Shown: positions 51,861-63,694 of the stretch, in pieces
Numbering within the stretch: position 1 is the stretch's first letter
Layout of the letters: every line of letters starts with the position of its first letter
Source of the DNA: Squalus acanthias
Lineage: Eukaryota
Assembly (NCBI GenBank): GCA_030390025.1
Contig: CM059432.1
Coordinates: 65,474,001-65,538,000, forward strand
Length of the DNA stretch: 64,000 nucleotides
Direction of reading: 5' to 3'
Position numbers and translations under genes: made by a program
Notes under the pieces: generated by a model
Seen by the model: only the letters and a program-made list of their open reading frames with translations
Told to the model about the DNA's origin: nothing
The model's database searches: none

Positions 51861-53097
51861 ATGGGAACCATTCGTTTTCTTTCATCATGGACCTCAGATT
51901 CGTATGAGGAGCATCCATGGCAGCAGCAGAACCAGGCAGCTCAGCAGCAACAGCAGCAGGACCCCCAACCTGCTGCTCAGCCACCTGATGCTGAACAGGG
52001 CAGAAGGCACCAGCGCATCGAGGCACCTCGCCGCAGGAGTTACCCTCGACAGAGGGTTTACAGACAGAGGATGAGCTACCTCAACATGAGTGAGCAGCAG
52101 TGCCAAAGGAGGCTGAGACTTTCACAAGAGGTTGTCCGAGACATCTGTGGACTGCTGCAGCAAGACTTGGTGCCCAGAGGAACGGGTGGTCACCACTGCA
52201 CTCAACTTCTTTGCCTCAGGCTCCTTCCAGGGATCATCAGCAGACCTCAACGGCATCTCCCAGTCAGCCGCCCACAGTTGCATCACGCAGGTTATCGATG
52301 CCCTTTTTGTTAAGGCCCACAATTGCATCCAGTTCTCAAGGGATCAAGCAAGTATAACCGCACGTTTGGTTGGCTTTGCAAATATGGCAGACTTGCCAAT
52401 GGTGCAGGGCATCATAGACTGCACACATGTGGCCCTTAGGGCACCCCATCAGAACCCAGTTATCTTTGTCAACCGAAAGGGCTTCCACTCCCTCAACATA
52501 CAGCTGATGTGTACACACAAGGAGTTTTTGCATGATTGCGCCAAGTTCTGTGGTAGTTGCCATGACTCTTTCATCCTGCGGCACTCTAGTGTTCCTCCGC
52601 TTTTCAATTCTCCAAACCAACTTAACGGATGGCTCCTTGGTGACAAAGGCTACCCTCTGAAGAAGTGGCTAATAACGCCAATCAGGAGGCCAGCTAACGA
52701 GGCTGAAGAGTGCTACAACGCCAGCCACACTTTGACCAGGTCCATCATCGAGCAAACCATTGAATTGTTGAAGATGCGCTTCCGTTGCCTTGACCGATCA
52801 GGTGGAGCCCTGCAGTATACACCATACAGGGTCTCCAGAATGGTCGTAGTCTGCTGTGCACTGCACAGCATAGCACAGCGTCGTGGCTCGCAGCTTCCTG
52901 ATGAGCAAGTGGCTCAGTTCCAGCCCTCCTCAGATGAGGATGAGGAGGAGGAGGAGGATGAGGAGGCTGAGGAGGATGGGGATCTGGAGGAGGAGGAGCA
53001 GGAGGAGGTCAGAACGCCGGTGTATCTACCAGCAGCACACGAGCACATGGCTGCCCGGGATGCAAGGGATGAACTTATCCTGGCCAGATTTGCATAG
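51861..53097 (+). pseudogene. Harbinger DDE transposase (HARBI1-like, DDE_Tnp_4), frameshifted near 52190
   Basis: N-terminus [24 protein letters not shown], then [44 protein letters not shown] and [16 protein letters not shown], ending in an acidic tail. Confidence 0.92.
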
Positions 53098-53339
53098 GTT
53101 GCTCAAGTTGGCACATGTCCTTGGCTCCATCCTAAGACATCATCGACAATGGACATGTCTCTCTGGCCTCCTTTCACTCAGGCCACCAACCTGACAACGC
53201 AAGTGTGGAGGAGCCCGCAATGTGGAGCTGCCTAAGGCGAAAGAACAGATGCCATAACGCCAAGATTTTGGCATCAAATCATTTTAATGCTTTCCAACAG
53301 GGATGGCATTTCATCAATACACAGAAACATTCACCCAAT

Positions 53340-53524
53340 CTGCACACAGATCTGGAGGTTATATCCCTTGCCAGCTGGACCCACACAGCCTTGGTTTCTT
53401 TGGGAGGCCTCTTCCTCCCAGATGAGTGGAAGAGCACCTTCCTGCTAGCTGTCACCCCCTCAAACAACATTTGCAGCGCTTCATCTGTGAGCCTCGGGGA
53501 GGTCCTTGCCTTGGAATTGGACAT
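53340..53524 (-). pseudogene. Harbinger Myb/SANT-like (trihelix) DNA-binding protein, N-terminus only
   Basis: MSNSKARTSPRLTDEALQMLFEGV..RKVLF..SGRKRPP.ETKAVW..LA..ITSRS. The third helix (QCRK.FNDL, seen at 26940-26990) is missing. Confidence 0.82.
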
Positions 53525-54067
53525 AGTGGTTTCTCAGAATATGTTGCAGGTGATGCAGCATAAGCAGAAATCCTGTGGAATGATCCAAGGCAGCAAGAAG
53601 CCATAAAATCAGGCTGGAAAAGTGATGTCAGCAGAGGCGAGTTTCAGTCCCAATACACTAATTGACCAAGGGCATCCCACACCTCTGAAATCAAGTGGCC
53701 AATCAGGGGAAAATCGCAATTTTTGGAAAACTATCAGTGGAGGCGGGTTTCAAACCCACCCAAACCGAAACCCGCCTCCATCTCGCCTCCAGTGGGAAAA
53801 TCGCCCCCAATGTTTCCACTTGAGGGGAAGAGCAAAACTAAAGGCCATCAATATAAGATAGTCATCAAGAAATCAATTAGGGAATTCAGAAAAAACTTCT
53901 TTACCCCAGAGCGTGGTGAGAATGTGGAACTTGCTACCACAGGGAGCGGCTGAAGGGAAAGGTATAGATGCATTTAAGGGGAGGCTAGATAAGCATGTGA
54001 GGGAGAAGGGAATAGAGGGTTATGCTGATAGAGTTAGATGAGGAAAGATGGGAGGACGCTTGAGTGG

Positions 54068-55474
54068 AGCATAAGAACATACATAAGAACATAAGAACAT
54101 AAGAAATAGGAGCAGGAGTAGGCCAATCGGCCCCTCGAGCCTGCTCCGCCATTCAATAAGATCATGGCTGATCTGATCCTAACCGCCAATCTACTATCTA
54201 TCACAGAACCATCTCCTGCATCTAACAGAATTGCACACACGAAATAGGAGCAGAATCAGGCTACACAGTCCCTGGGCCCGCTCCACTACCCACAGGGCCA
54301 TGACCGATCCGAACCTAGACTCATGTCCAAATTCCTGCCCGCTCCCCGTAACCCTTAATGCCCTTTACTTCTAGGAAACTGTCTATTTCTGTTTTAAATT
54401 TAATTAATGTTGTAGCTTCTACAGCTTTTTGTGGCAGCATATTCCATGGACCTACCACCCTCTGAGTGAAGTAGTTCCTCCTCATCTCAGTTTTGAAAGA
54501 GCAGCCCCTTATTCTAAGACTATGTCCCTTAGTTCTCGTCTCACCCGTCATCGGGAACATCCTCCCCGCATCCACCCGATCCAACCCCTTCACAATCTTA
54601 TATGTTTCAATAAGATCGCCTCTCATTCTTCTGAACTCCAATGAGTAGAGTCCCAATCTGCCCAACCTCTCCTCATATGACCACCCCCTCATCCCCGGGA
54701 TTAACCGAGTGAACCTTTTTTGCACTGCCTCGAGAGCAAGGATGTCTTTCCTTAAGTAAGGACACCAAAACTGTATGCAGTATTCCAGGTGCGGTCTCAC
54801 CAATACCTTGTACAACTGAAGCAATACCTCCCTATTTTTATATTCTATCCCCCTAGCAATGAAAGCCAACATTCCATTTGTCTTCTTAATCACTTGCTGC
54901 ACCTGCATACTAACCTTTTGAGTTTCGTGCACCAGGACCCCCAGATCCCTTTGCACTTCAGTACTCTCCAGTTTCTTGCCATTAAGATAATAAATTGCTC
55001 TAGGATTTTTCCTGCCAAAGTGCATCACCTCACACTTTCCAGTGTTGTATTCCATCTGCCAAATCTCTGCCCACTTACTTAGCCTGTCTATGTCCCCTTG
55101 CAGGTTTTTTATGTCCTCCTCACTCACTACTTTCCCTCCCATCTTTGTATCATCTGCAAATTTTGATATGTTACACTTGGTCCCTTCCTCCAAATCGTTA
55201 ATATAGATTGTGAAGAGTTGGGGACCCAGCACTGACCCCTGTGGAACACCACTAGTTACTGATTGCCAGTCTGAGAATGAACCATTTATCCCAACTCTTT
55301 GCTTTCTGTTAGATAGCCAATCCTCTATCCATGCCAGAATATTACCCCCAATCCCGTGATTTTTTACCTTAAGCAATAATCTTTTGTGTGGCACCTTGTC
55401 AAATGCCTTTTGGAAGTCTAAATACACTACGTCCACTGGTTCCCCTTTATCCACTCTATATGTTACTTCCTCAA
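54068..55474 (-). mobile_element. Young 5'-truncated CR1, near-identical to 42768-44160
   Basis: Open 387-aa ORF 54321-55484 differing from the 43006 ORF at only a handful of residues; same distinctive 3' UTR. Confidence 0.95.
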
Positions 55475-57287
55475 ACAGTGGCATGGACTGAATAGCCTGT
55501 TTCTGTGCTGTATAACCTATTTAATCCTATGTAATAGATGATTGAAAGAAAGGGAGATAAAGATATGGGATTAGCACTACTGCGTGTGTGAAGAATAACA
55601 CCAATATGATCTGTTTCAGTGTTCTAATTTCCATTCTGCTCCACTAAATAGAGTGCTAGAGCACATATTACCGATACAGGGAGCCAACAAAATTGAAATA
55701 TGATTTATTTCCCTACTACCGACAATGCTTTATCTTAATGTGCACCAAAAATAATCTCCCAACTGTTTTAAAAATGAACAAAAATATATTTTGAATAGTT
55801 TCAAAGCTGTAATCCTTGATGCAGCGTGTAGACATGTATCTTTGAAACTGTTCAGAAACATGAGCTGCACATTACCATAATCTTAGATTACCATAAACCA
55901 GCCAATGTTTATCTTTCCCCTCTGCCCTAATTTTATTCCTAAAATCACTGGAGTTTGGTTCCACTGTTGCTGGCAACCCATCAGTAACTCAACAAAGTGC
56001 CCATTCTTCATGTGTGTGCACGGTGAGTGTCAACTGACTATGGATGATATATTCCAGAGATGTATTTTTATATATAGTATTTTTGCTTAGTACCATCAGG
56101 CAGTCTATTTACTTCATTGAACTACCAGAGAGCTTTACCTTAGCTTTTATGAATACTAGTTTTGTTTTTTAGTTTTCTCCCCTCCTCAGGGAGGCAGTAT
56201 TTCATACAAATGAACAATTTCACCGGTGTCATCATTCCTGTGGTACCTTGGCCAAGTATCCATTGTAGGCCATTGTACCAATCCTGCAAAACCCAATGTT
56301 TACATATGCCACTTTCCAGCAGGAGTCATTGGATAGTGAAAAGGAGCTAGAATCCTGGCCACGTTAATTTTCACTCCCCAGCCCAAAGACACAGAAGCTA
56401 AATGTAGCACCCCAACTACTGCCCACTGGAATCAGCTAGCTCCGCATTGACCTGAGATCAAATTTGGAGCCTTCATAGTCTGCATTGCTTAGCACCATCA
56501 GGCAATTTATTTATTTCATTGAATCACTACGGAGCTTCATCTTAGCTTTTATGAATGTTAAGATCACAATAACTTGGTGGCACTAGATGTGATCAACAAA
56601 AGAATTGTCATCATCACACTTGATCATGGCACTACGCTCCCTCCATATCTTGCAAGACACTGTAGCATGTCCTGATTGTCTCCGTAAAGGTTAATGGTAC
56701 AATATTTCAATATTTACACAATACAGAGGATTATGGTCCATGTTGCAGAAACTTTCTTCTTGCCAAACAAATAAGTGGCACTAGTGTCTGAAATACCAGA
56801 GTCTAGACCCATGAGGTTGTGTGGATTTACTCCAAAATGGGGGAGGTGTTCCACAAAAGATTACAGCAGTAAAGTGTATAAACTCTGATTTCACTTGTAT
56901 TCTATTACCTTTTTATATTAAGAGGCAAACCTTTCTTGAAAGGAATGGTACTGATTGAGCTGCCTTTGGCATTCTACTAATGCATTCATGCCAACAACAG
57001 CATGTTAAATCTACATTGCTCTGCATCTTATTCAATTCAATAGGAACTTAAATTGATTTAAACTATTTTTATAGGCAGGTGTGGCTGACAACCACATTAA
57101 AAAAATTCACTCCACATTTCCCAATAAGGGGAATAGGAACTAGACTTCCTGTAAACTGCAAAAGATTGGCATCACCAGCATGCTGCCTTCTTTATGGTGA
57201 CTCAGCTAGTATAATAAAAAAATATCCCATATAAAGTAGATACTACCCCTTTTTAAAATTGAATTAAAAAAAATTAAACTTGGTTTC

Positions 57288-57380
57288 AGGATGTGGTTGG
57301 CAAGGCTGCATTTATTGCTCATCCCTAGTTGCCATGAGAAGATAATGGTGAGCCTTCTCCTTGACTGCTGCAGTCCTTAT
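57288..57380 (-). mobile_element. 3' tail fragment of the LINE family at 1-3003
   Basis: GGCAAGGCTGCATTTATTGCTCATCCCTAGTTGCC is the reverse complement of ~10580-10615. Confidence 0.65.
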
Positions 57381-57516
57381 GGTACATCAAATAGCAAACT
57401 GTTTTTTTAAGGATAGGAAGCAACTCACTTTAGTTGGGTATCTTGGTTTAATTCTCTCTGGCTTAAAATTACGCTGTGAGATATGAGTATATGAATAGCT
57501 TTGTCTAAAATCCTTC

Positions 57517-58388
57517 ATTGTGAGGAGAACAAAAAGAGTCTGCAAAGGGATATAGATAGACTAAGTGAGTGGGCAGTAAGGTGGCAGATGGAGTATAATG
57601 TAGGGAAATGTGAGGTTATTCACTTTGGTAGGAAGAATAGAAAAACAGAATATTTTTTAAATGGTGAGAAACTTTTAAATGTTGGTGTTCAGAGAGATTT
57701 GGGTGTCCTCGTGCAAGAAACACAGATAGCTAGCATGCAGGTACAGCAAGCAATAAGGAAGGCAAATGACATGTTGGCCTTTATTGCAAGGGGGTTGGAG
57801 TATAAGAGTAAGGAAGTCTTGCTACAATTGTACAGGGCCTTGGTGAGACCACACCTGGAGTACTGTGCACAGTTTTGGTCTCCTTATCCTTGGAGGCAGT
57901 GCAACGAAGGTTCACTAGATTGATTCCTGGGATGAGAGGGCTGTCCTATGATGAGAGATTGTGTAGAATGGGCTTATACTCTGGAGTTTAAAAGAATGAG
58001 AGGTGATCTCAGTGAAACATACAAGATTCTGAAGGGGCTTGACAGGGTAGATGCTGAGAGGCTGTTTCCCCTGGCTGGAGTGTCTAGAACTAGGGGGCAT
58101 AGTCTCAGGATAAGGGGTAGGCCATTTAAGACTGAGATGATGAGGAATTTCTTCACTCAAAGTGTTGTGAATCTTTGGAATTCTCTGCCCCAGAGGGCTG
58201 TGAATGCTGAGTCTTTTAGTATATTCAAGACTGAGATAGATAGAGTTTTGGACTCTAGGGGAAATCAAGGGATATAGAGATCGGGCGGGAAAGTGGAGTT
58301 GAGGTGAATGATCAGCCATGATCTTATTGGATGGCGGAGCAGGCTCGGGAGGCCGTATAGCCTACTCCTGCTCCTATTTCTTATGTTA
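57517..58388 (+). mobile_element. CR1 3' fragment
   Basis: ORFs 57501-57923 and 57948-58277; canonical tail. Confidence 0.9.
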
Positions 58389-58899
58389 TAATTGTAAAAG
58401 CCTCTGTTAAAGCTGCTCCAAGATTTCTCTGTTCCAATGGAAATAGCCCTAGTATCTTAAGTCTCTCCTCATAATTATAGTTTCTCATCTGTAGTATCAT
58501 GCTAATGAATCCACATTGTATGCTCTCCATAGTTTTAATGTTCTTTCTATAACAAAGTGTCCAAAATTGCACACAGTTATCTAGCTATGGCCTAACTAAT
58601 GAATTGCACACATTTCTCATTACTTCTTTACCCTTTTACTCTAGGCGCCTGTTTTAAAAATCGAAATGTTGTTGGTCTTTTTATGGCTTTATTCAGCCGT
58701 GCTTTCAATAAATTATGTATGTGAATGCTTTGGTCTCTCAGTTCATCCACACTCTTCCATGATTTTCCATCAAATGTATATTGCCATTTCTTGTTTTTTC
58801 TCCCAAAATGTATTACCTCACTTTATCCACATTAAATTGCATTTGTCACCTTTCTGCCCATTCCTGAAACAGAGGCTAGACACTTTGCATATGTAAATA

Positions 58900-59378
58900 A
58901 GGGGCCTAATTCCTGTTTGAGGCCCCCCACTGCAAGATTGGTTTGCCAGCTGTACTCAAGAAAACCAAACCTTCAGAATGCCCCTTACCAACAAGGTAAA
59001 GTTTAGAAATATATCCACCTGAATGTGAAGCCGGGAGGAGCAGCAGTGCTCCTCCCGACCCCACATTTAAAGAACGCAGAGCACCGCCGCTCCCCAATCC
59101 CCACCACCCCTGATCCCGACAATCTCCCCACCCACCAATCCCCCCGACATCCGATCCCCCCCAGCCATTAATCCCCTTGACCCCATCTTCACTTATGGTA
59201 CTAGCAACGGCCTGATGTTTGCTGACTCTTCATTGGCAGGCTCTTCGTCCCTTGCCAACTCTTGGAAATGAAGCCTGAGGACCAACATAGGGACGCCTTG
59301 GGCCTCACCATTCTGGATCAAGGGTGGTACCCTGCGCCCTCCACTCACCCAAAAATGGGCACACCCAAATCTCTACCT
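58900..59378. mobile_element. Decayed MITE-like element
   Basis: Ends GGGGCCTAATT / AAATCTCTACC; GGAGCAG.AGTGCTCC motif shared with ~14755-14770. Confidence 0.4.
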
Positions 59379-60093
59379 CTTGGTTGCTAAGAGTTTGCCC
59401 ATAACTGACATTTGATTAAATGGTTTATTCTACTCTCCCTTCTTGAACAAAGATATTACATTGGCTACTCTCCAGTCTAACAGCACAATTTGCATATTCA
59501 ACAGAATTTTAAAAATGTGTTTTGATCCTCTGCTATGTCCTCTCTGACTTTCTTTGACAGCCTTGGATGTATGTTATTAATGCTTGGTCACTTATCCACC
59601 CGGAGTTCTGCTAAATTTTTTCAAAACCAATTCTTTTTCTACAGTTATCTCTAACAATTGTTCTATATTTTCCTCCAGTACACTTACATTTTCTTTCCGT
59701 ATTGGGACTAAAAACATACTGATGCAGGAAACAGTCCTGGGTGTTTTCCAAGAAGTGTTCCCCACTTTGACCACAGGTATTACCTTTATTTCAGTGTATG
59801 TTGGCATAGTTAAAATCACCCAATTCTTAAATATCTTTCTGAACTGCTTTCTGAACTGACTGCAGACCTTCCCCTCTATCTCATCACCACTGTTCGGTGG
59901 CCTGCAATGCACACTAAGAATTGTACCATTTCTCTTCCTAGTTCTTAACTCTTTCCACATGGATTCTGTCTTAACACAATCCCTAGGGCATTCTTATGGT
60001 CGAGCACTATGATAGAATCCTTTACTAATACTGCCACCCCCACATCCCTTTATCCCTCCCTATCACACCTCAAAGTATTTTAACCAGGAATTA

Positions 60094-62020
60094 TACAAAA
60101 TTACATACAAAAAAACATACAAAATTCTTACAGGGCTTGACAGGGTAGATTCAGGGAGGATGGCCATTGCGGTAGTGGACGCATTGGTTGTCATCTTCCA
60201 AAATTCTATAGATTCTGGAACAGTTCCTGCAGATTGGAGGATAGCAAATGTAACCCCGCTATTTAAGAAAGGAGGGAGAGAGAAAACGGGGAACTACAGA
60301 CCGGTTAGCCTCACATCAGTAGTTGGGAAAATGCTGGAATCTATTATAAAGGATACAATAACTGGGCACTTAGAAACTAATAGTAAGATTGGGCCGAGTC
60401 AACATGAATTTATGAAAAGGAAATCCTATTTGACAAATCTATTGGACTTCTTTGAGGATGTAACTAGTGGAGTAGACAAAGAGGAACCAGTAGACGTGGT
60501 GTATTTGGATTTTCAGAAGGCCTTCGATAAGGTCCCACACAAGAGGTTGGTGAACAAAATTAGAGCACATGGAATTGGAGGTAATATACTAGCATGGATT
60601 GAGAATTGGTTAACAGACAGAAAACAAAGAGTAGGGATAAACGGGTCTTTTTCAGGATGGCCGGCTGTGACTAGTGGGGTACCGCAAGGATCGGTGCTTG
60701 GGCCCCAGCTATTCACAATCTACATCAATGATTTGGATGAGGGGACTAAATGTAACATTTCCAAATTTGCTGAGGACACAAAGCTAGGTGGCAGTGGCAG
60801 TTGTGAAGAGGATGTGAAGAGGCTTCAAGGGGATCTCAACAGGCTCAGTGAGTGGGCGAGAACATGGCAGATGGAATATAATGTGGATAAATGTGAAGTT
60901 ATCCACTTTGATAGAAAAAACAGAAAGGCAGAGTATTTCCTAAATGGTGAAAGATTGGGGAATGCAGATGCTCAAAGGGACCTGGGTGTCCTTGTACATG
61001 AGTCACTGAAAGTGAATGTGCAGGTGCAGCAAGCCATTAGGAAGGCAAATGGTATGCTGGCCTTCATTACAAGAGGATTTGAGTACAGGAGTAAAGAAGT
61101 CTTACTCCAATAATATACGGCCTTGGTGAGACCACACCTGGAGTACTGTGTACAATTTTGGTCTCCTTACCTAAGGAAGGAAATACTTGCCATAGAGGGA
61201 GTGCAACGAAGGTTCACGAGATTGATTCCTGGGATGGCGGGACTGTCGTATGAGAAGAGATTGAGTAAACTAGGCCTGTATTCTCTTGAATTCAGAAGAA
61301 TGAGAGGTGATCTCATTTGAAGCATACAAAATTATTACAGGGCTTGATAGGGTGGATGCTGGGAGAATATTTCCCTTGGCTGGGGAGTCTAGAACCAGGG
61401 GCCACAGCCTAAGGATAAAGGGTAGGCCATTCAGGACTGAGATGAGAAGAAATTTCTTCACACAGAGGGTGGTGAATCTTTGGAATTCTCTACCCCAGAG
61501 GGCTGTGGAGGCTCAGTCATTGGGTATATTCAAAACAGAAGTCGATAGATTTCTGACTAGTAAGGGCATCAAGGGATATGGCAATAGGGCCGGTGAATGG
61601 AGTTGAGGCAGAAGATCAGCCATGATCTCATTGAATGGCGGAGCAGGCTCGAAGGGCCAAATGGCCTACTCCTGCTCCTATTTCTTATGTTGTTATGTTT
61701 CCCCTGGCTGGGGAGTCCAGAATCATGGGTCACATCTCAGAATAAGGGGTTGGCTATTTAGGACTGAGATGAGGAGAAATTTCTTCACTCATAGGGTGGT
61801 GAATCTTTGGAATTCTCTACCCCAGAGGGCTGTGGAGGCTCATTTGTTGAGTATATTCAAGACAGAGATCGATAGATTTTTGGATGTTAAGGGAATCATG
61901 GGATATGGGGATAGTGCAGGAAAGTGGATTTGAGGTAGAAGATCAGCCATGATCATCTTGAATGGATGAGCAGGCTCGAGGGGCCGGATGGCCTACTCCT
62001 GCTCCTATTTCTTATGTTCT
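60094..62020 (+). mobile_element. CR1-in-CR1 cassette (inner ~60160-61698; outer ~60115-60162 + 61699-62020)
   Basis: Inner RT ORF 60160-61113 and following ORFs. The outer halves join as GGGAGGATG|TTTCCCCTGG; two tails in tandem. Confidence 0.88.
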
Positions 62021-62951
62021 TAAAGGTTCGTAATGCTGACCAAACCACGTCTTGTCACATCTAAATCACGTCTCCATTATAGTTACTATATTGTATCCCT
62101 CCATTGTATTTAATGTTAGCTCTCCAATTTTTTAAAAACTTGCTGCATTCACATACATACCACTCAATCCTGACTCCAATATTTTGGAACATTGATCCTT
62201 ATTATTTTTCCTAGATTTCTCAGTTCATTCTTTTGATCGCCACTGCCTTTTCTAGCAGAGTATTTCTATCTCTCACTACTTCCTCGTGTCTTTCGTTCCC
62301 TTTCTCTTCAGATAATAATTTCTCACGATTTATTTCAGCTAAGCCATTTGCATCTTTATTAATCCTTCTCTCCCTCTCTAATCAAACCAAGGCTTTCCCC
62401 ACCCCCTACCATATTTGTTTAAATCCTTCCCCATTGCTCTATTTACCATCTCTACAAAGACATTGTTGTCACTCCATTCATTTCGGGATCGACTTCCCTT
62501 GTTCCAGAATTTGCTTCAATGCTCCAAAGAATTTTCCACCCACAAGTTCTTGTTTTTCAATCTAGTGCCTAACTCCTTATACTACCTCTGCAAAACTTCA
62601 AACATACTTCGATCTATGTTATCAGTTTCAATATGGGGCATGGATTTTGGCATCTCCCTCACTTCCCAGAAGTTTTTTCCACCCGGTCCATGATAGTCTT
62701 CGCCTTGGCATCAGGAAGGCAGCATGCAATGAAGGTCTCCTGGTCATGACTGCACAGAAGGCTATCTAGACCCCTGAATATAGAATCTCCTACTATTAAC
62801 ACTCTCCTATTCTTATATCTTACCTTCCCCTCACCCTTCCCCCTTTGGCTCCACAGTGCCGCAGTGTTGCTCAGGACTACCCTCCTCTGAGTCGTTGTCA
62901 CTGTTCATCACAAACTTATCCAACACTCTGTATCAATTGGATAGTTTTAAT

Positions 62952-63694
62952 GGCCCAAAAATTAGTGCCGCTACGCGAGAGTACGCACTGTGTACTCTCG
63001 CGTATTCTGTCTCCAATTGCCGGTTTTCTGCATGCACTGTGCATGCGCTGAAAACCGGCACTTGGTGATTTCAAAAGGGGGCGGTTCCGAGGTGAACCGC
63101 ATGCGTGCTACAGGCTGCGCGCACGCAGTGCACTTAGTGCTTTGAACGCGCAGGTAAGCATGGAAGATTTTACACATAAAGAAAGGAGGCGTAAGACCCT
63201 CTTTTAACAAGGTAAGTAGTTAATTAAGTATTATTTTGAATTTTTTTCAACAGGTATATCTTTTTTAGAGACTTTAAAGAAAGGTAAGTTTATTTTTATA
63301 ACTTTTTTAAAGATTTAAATTTTTTCAAAAATTTAATTTTTTGTTTAAAGTGGTTAATTTATTTAACTATACTTATTTTATTAATGTGATGGTTTTTTAA
63401 AAAAATTTAATTGAGGTTTAGCTGTTCTTTTGGGGGGGTATAGTATTCATAGCTTTCACAGCCGTGCAGTGAAAACTATGAATGAAAGATGGTGTGCTGC
63501 CATTGGCTCTAACTGAGTCACGTGATCCCACAGCTCGCACGAATTAACTGCGCCTGTGGGATACGGAAGCTCTGCACAGCTGCTGTCCAGAACATCAAGT
63601 TCGTGCGAGCTGGGAATGAAAAAGCCAGCGCGCAGTGAGAGATCGCGGGGAAGCCTTACCCTCGCACGAAGGCTCCCTCACTAATTTTTGGGCC
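62952..63694. mobile_element. Harbinger-type MITE (family A)
   Basis: Perfect 16-bp TIR GGCCCAAAAATTAGTG and TSD AAT on both sides; inverted homologue of 4555-5321. Confidence 0.92.

Larger units (their letters stand above)
51344..53808 (+). mobile_element. PIF/Harbinger DNA transposon (2465 bp), disabled
   Basis: 13-bp TIR GGGGGYGATTTTC and flanks AGT/AAT. Convergent transposase and Myb/SANT genes. Interrupts the CR1 at DRV.T|MFPL. Confidence 0.93.
48917..55533 (+). mobile_element. CR1 LINE (AT-rich subfamily), decayed, hosting three insertions
   Basis: Fragmented RT ORFs 50027-51328. ORF2 end resumes at 53809 (MFPL.GKSKTKGH). The tail is split at ~54073 / 55474. Confidence 0.88.

Noticed and set aside
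52132..53097. Host gene HARBI1
   Set aside because: Flanked by TIRs, inserted in a LINE, frameshifted and paired with a truncated Myb ORF: a transposon copy.
60094..62020. Assembly error or tandem duplication of a CR1 3' end
   Set aside because: The two tails are diverged and the outer halves join seamlessly, consistent with nested insertion.
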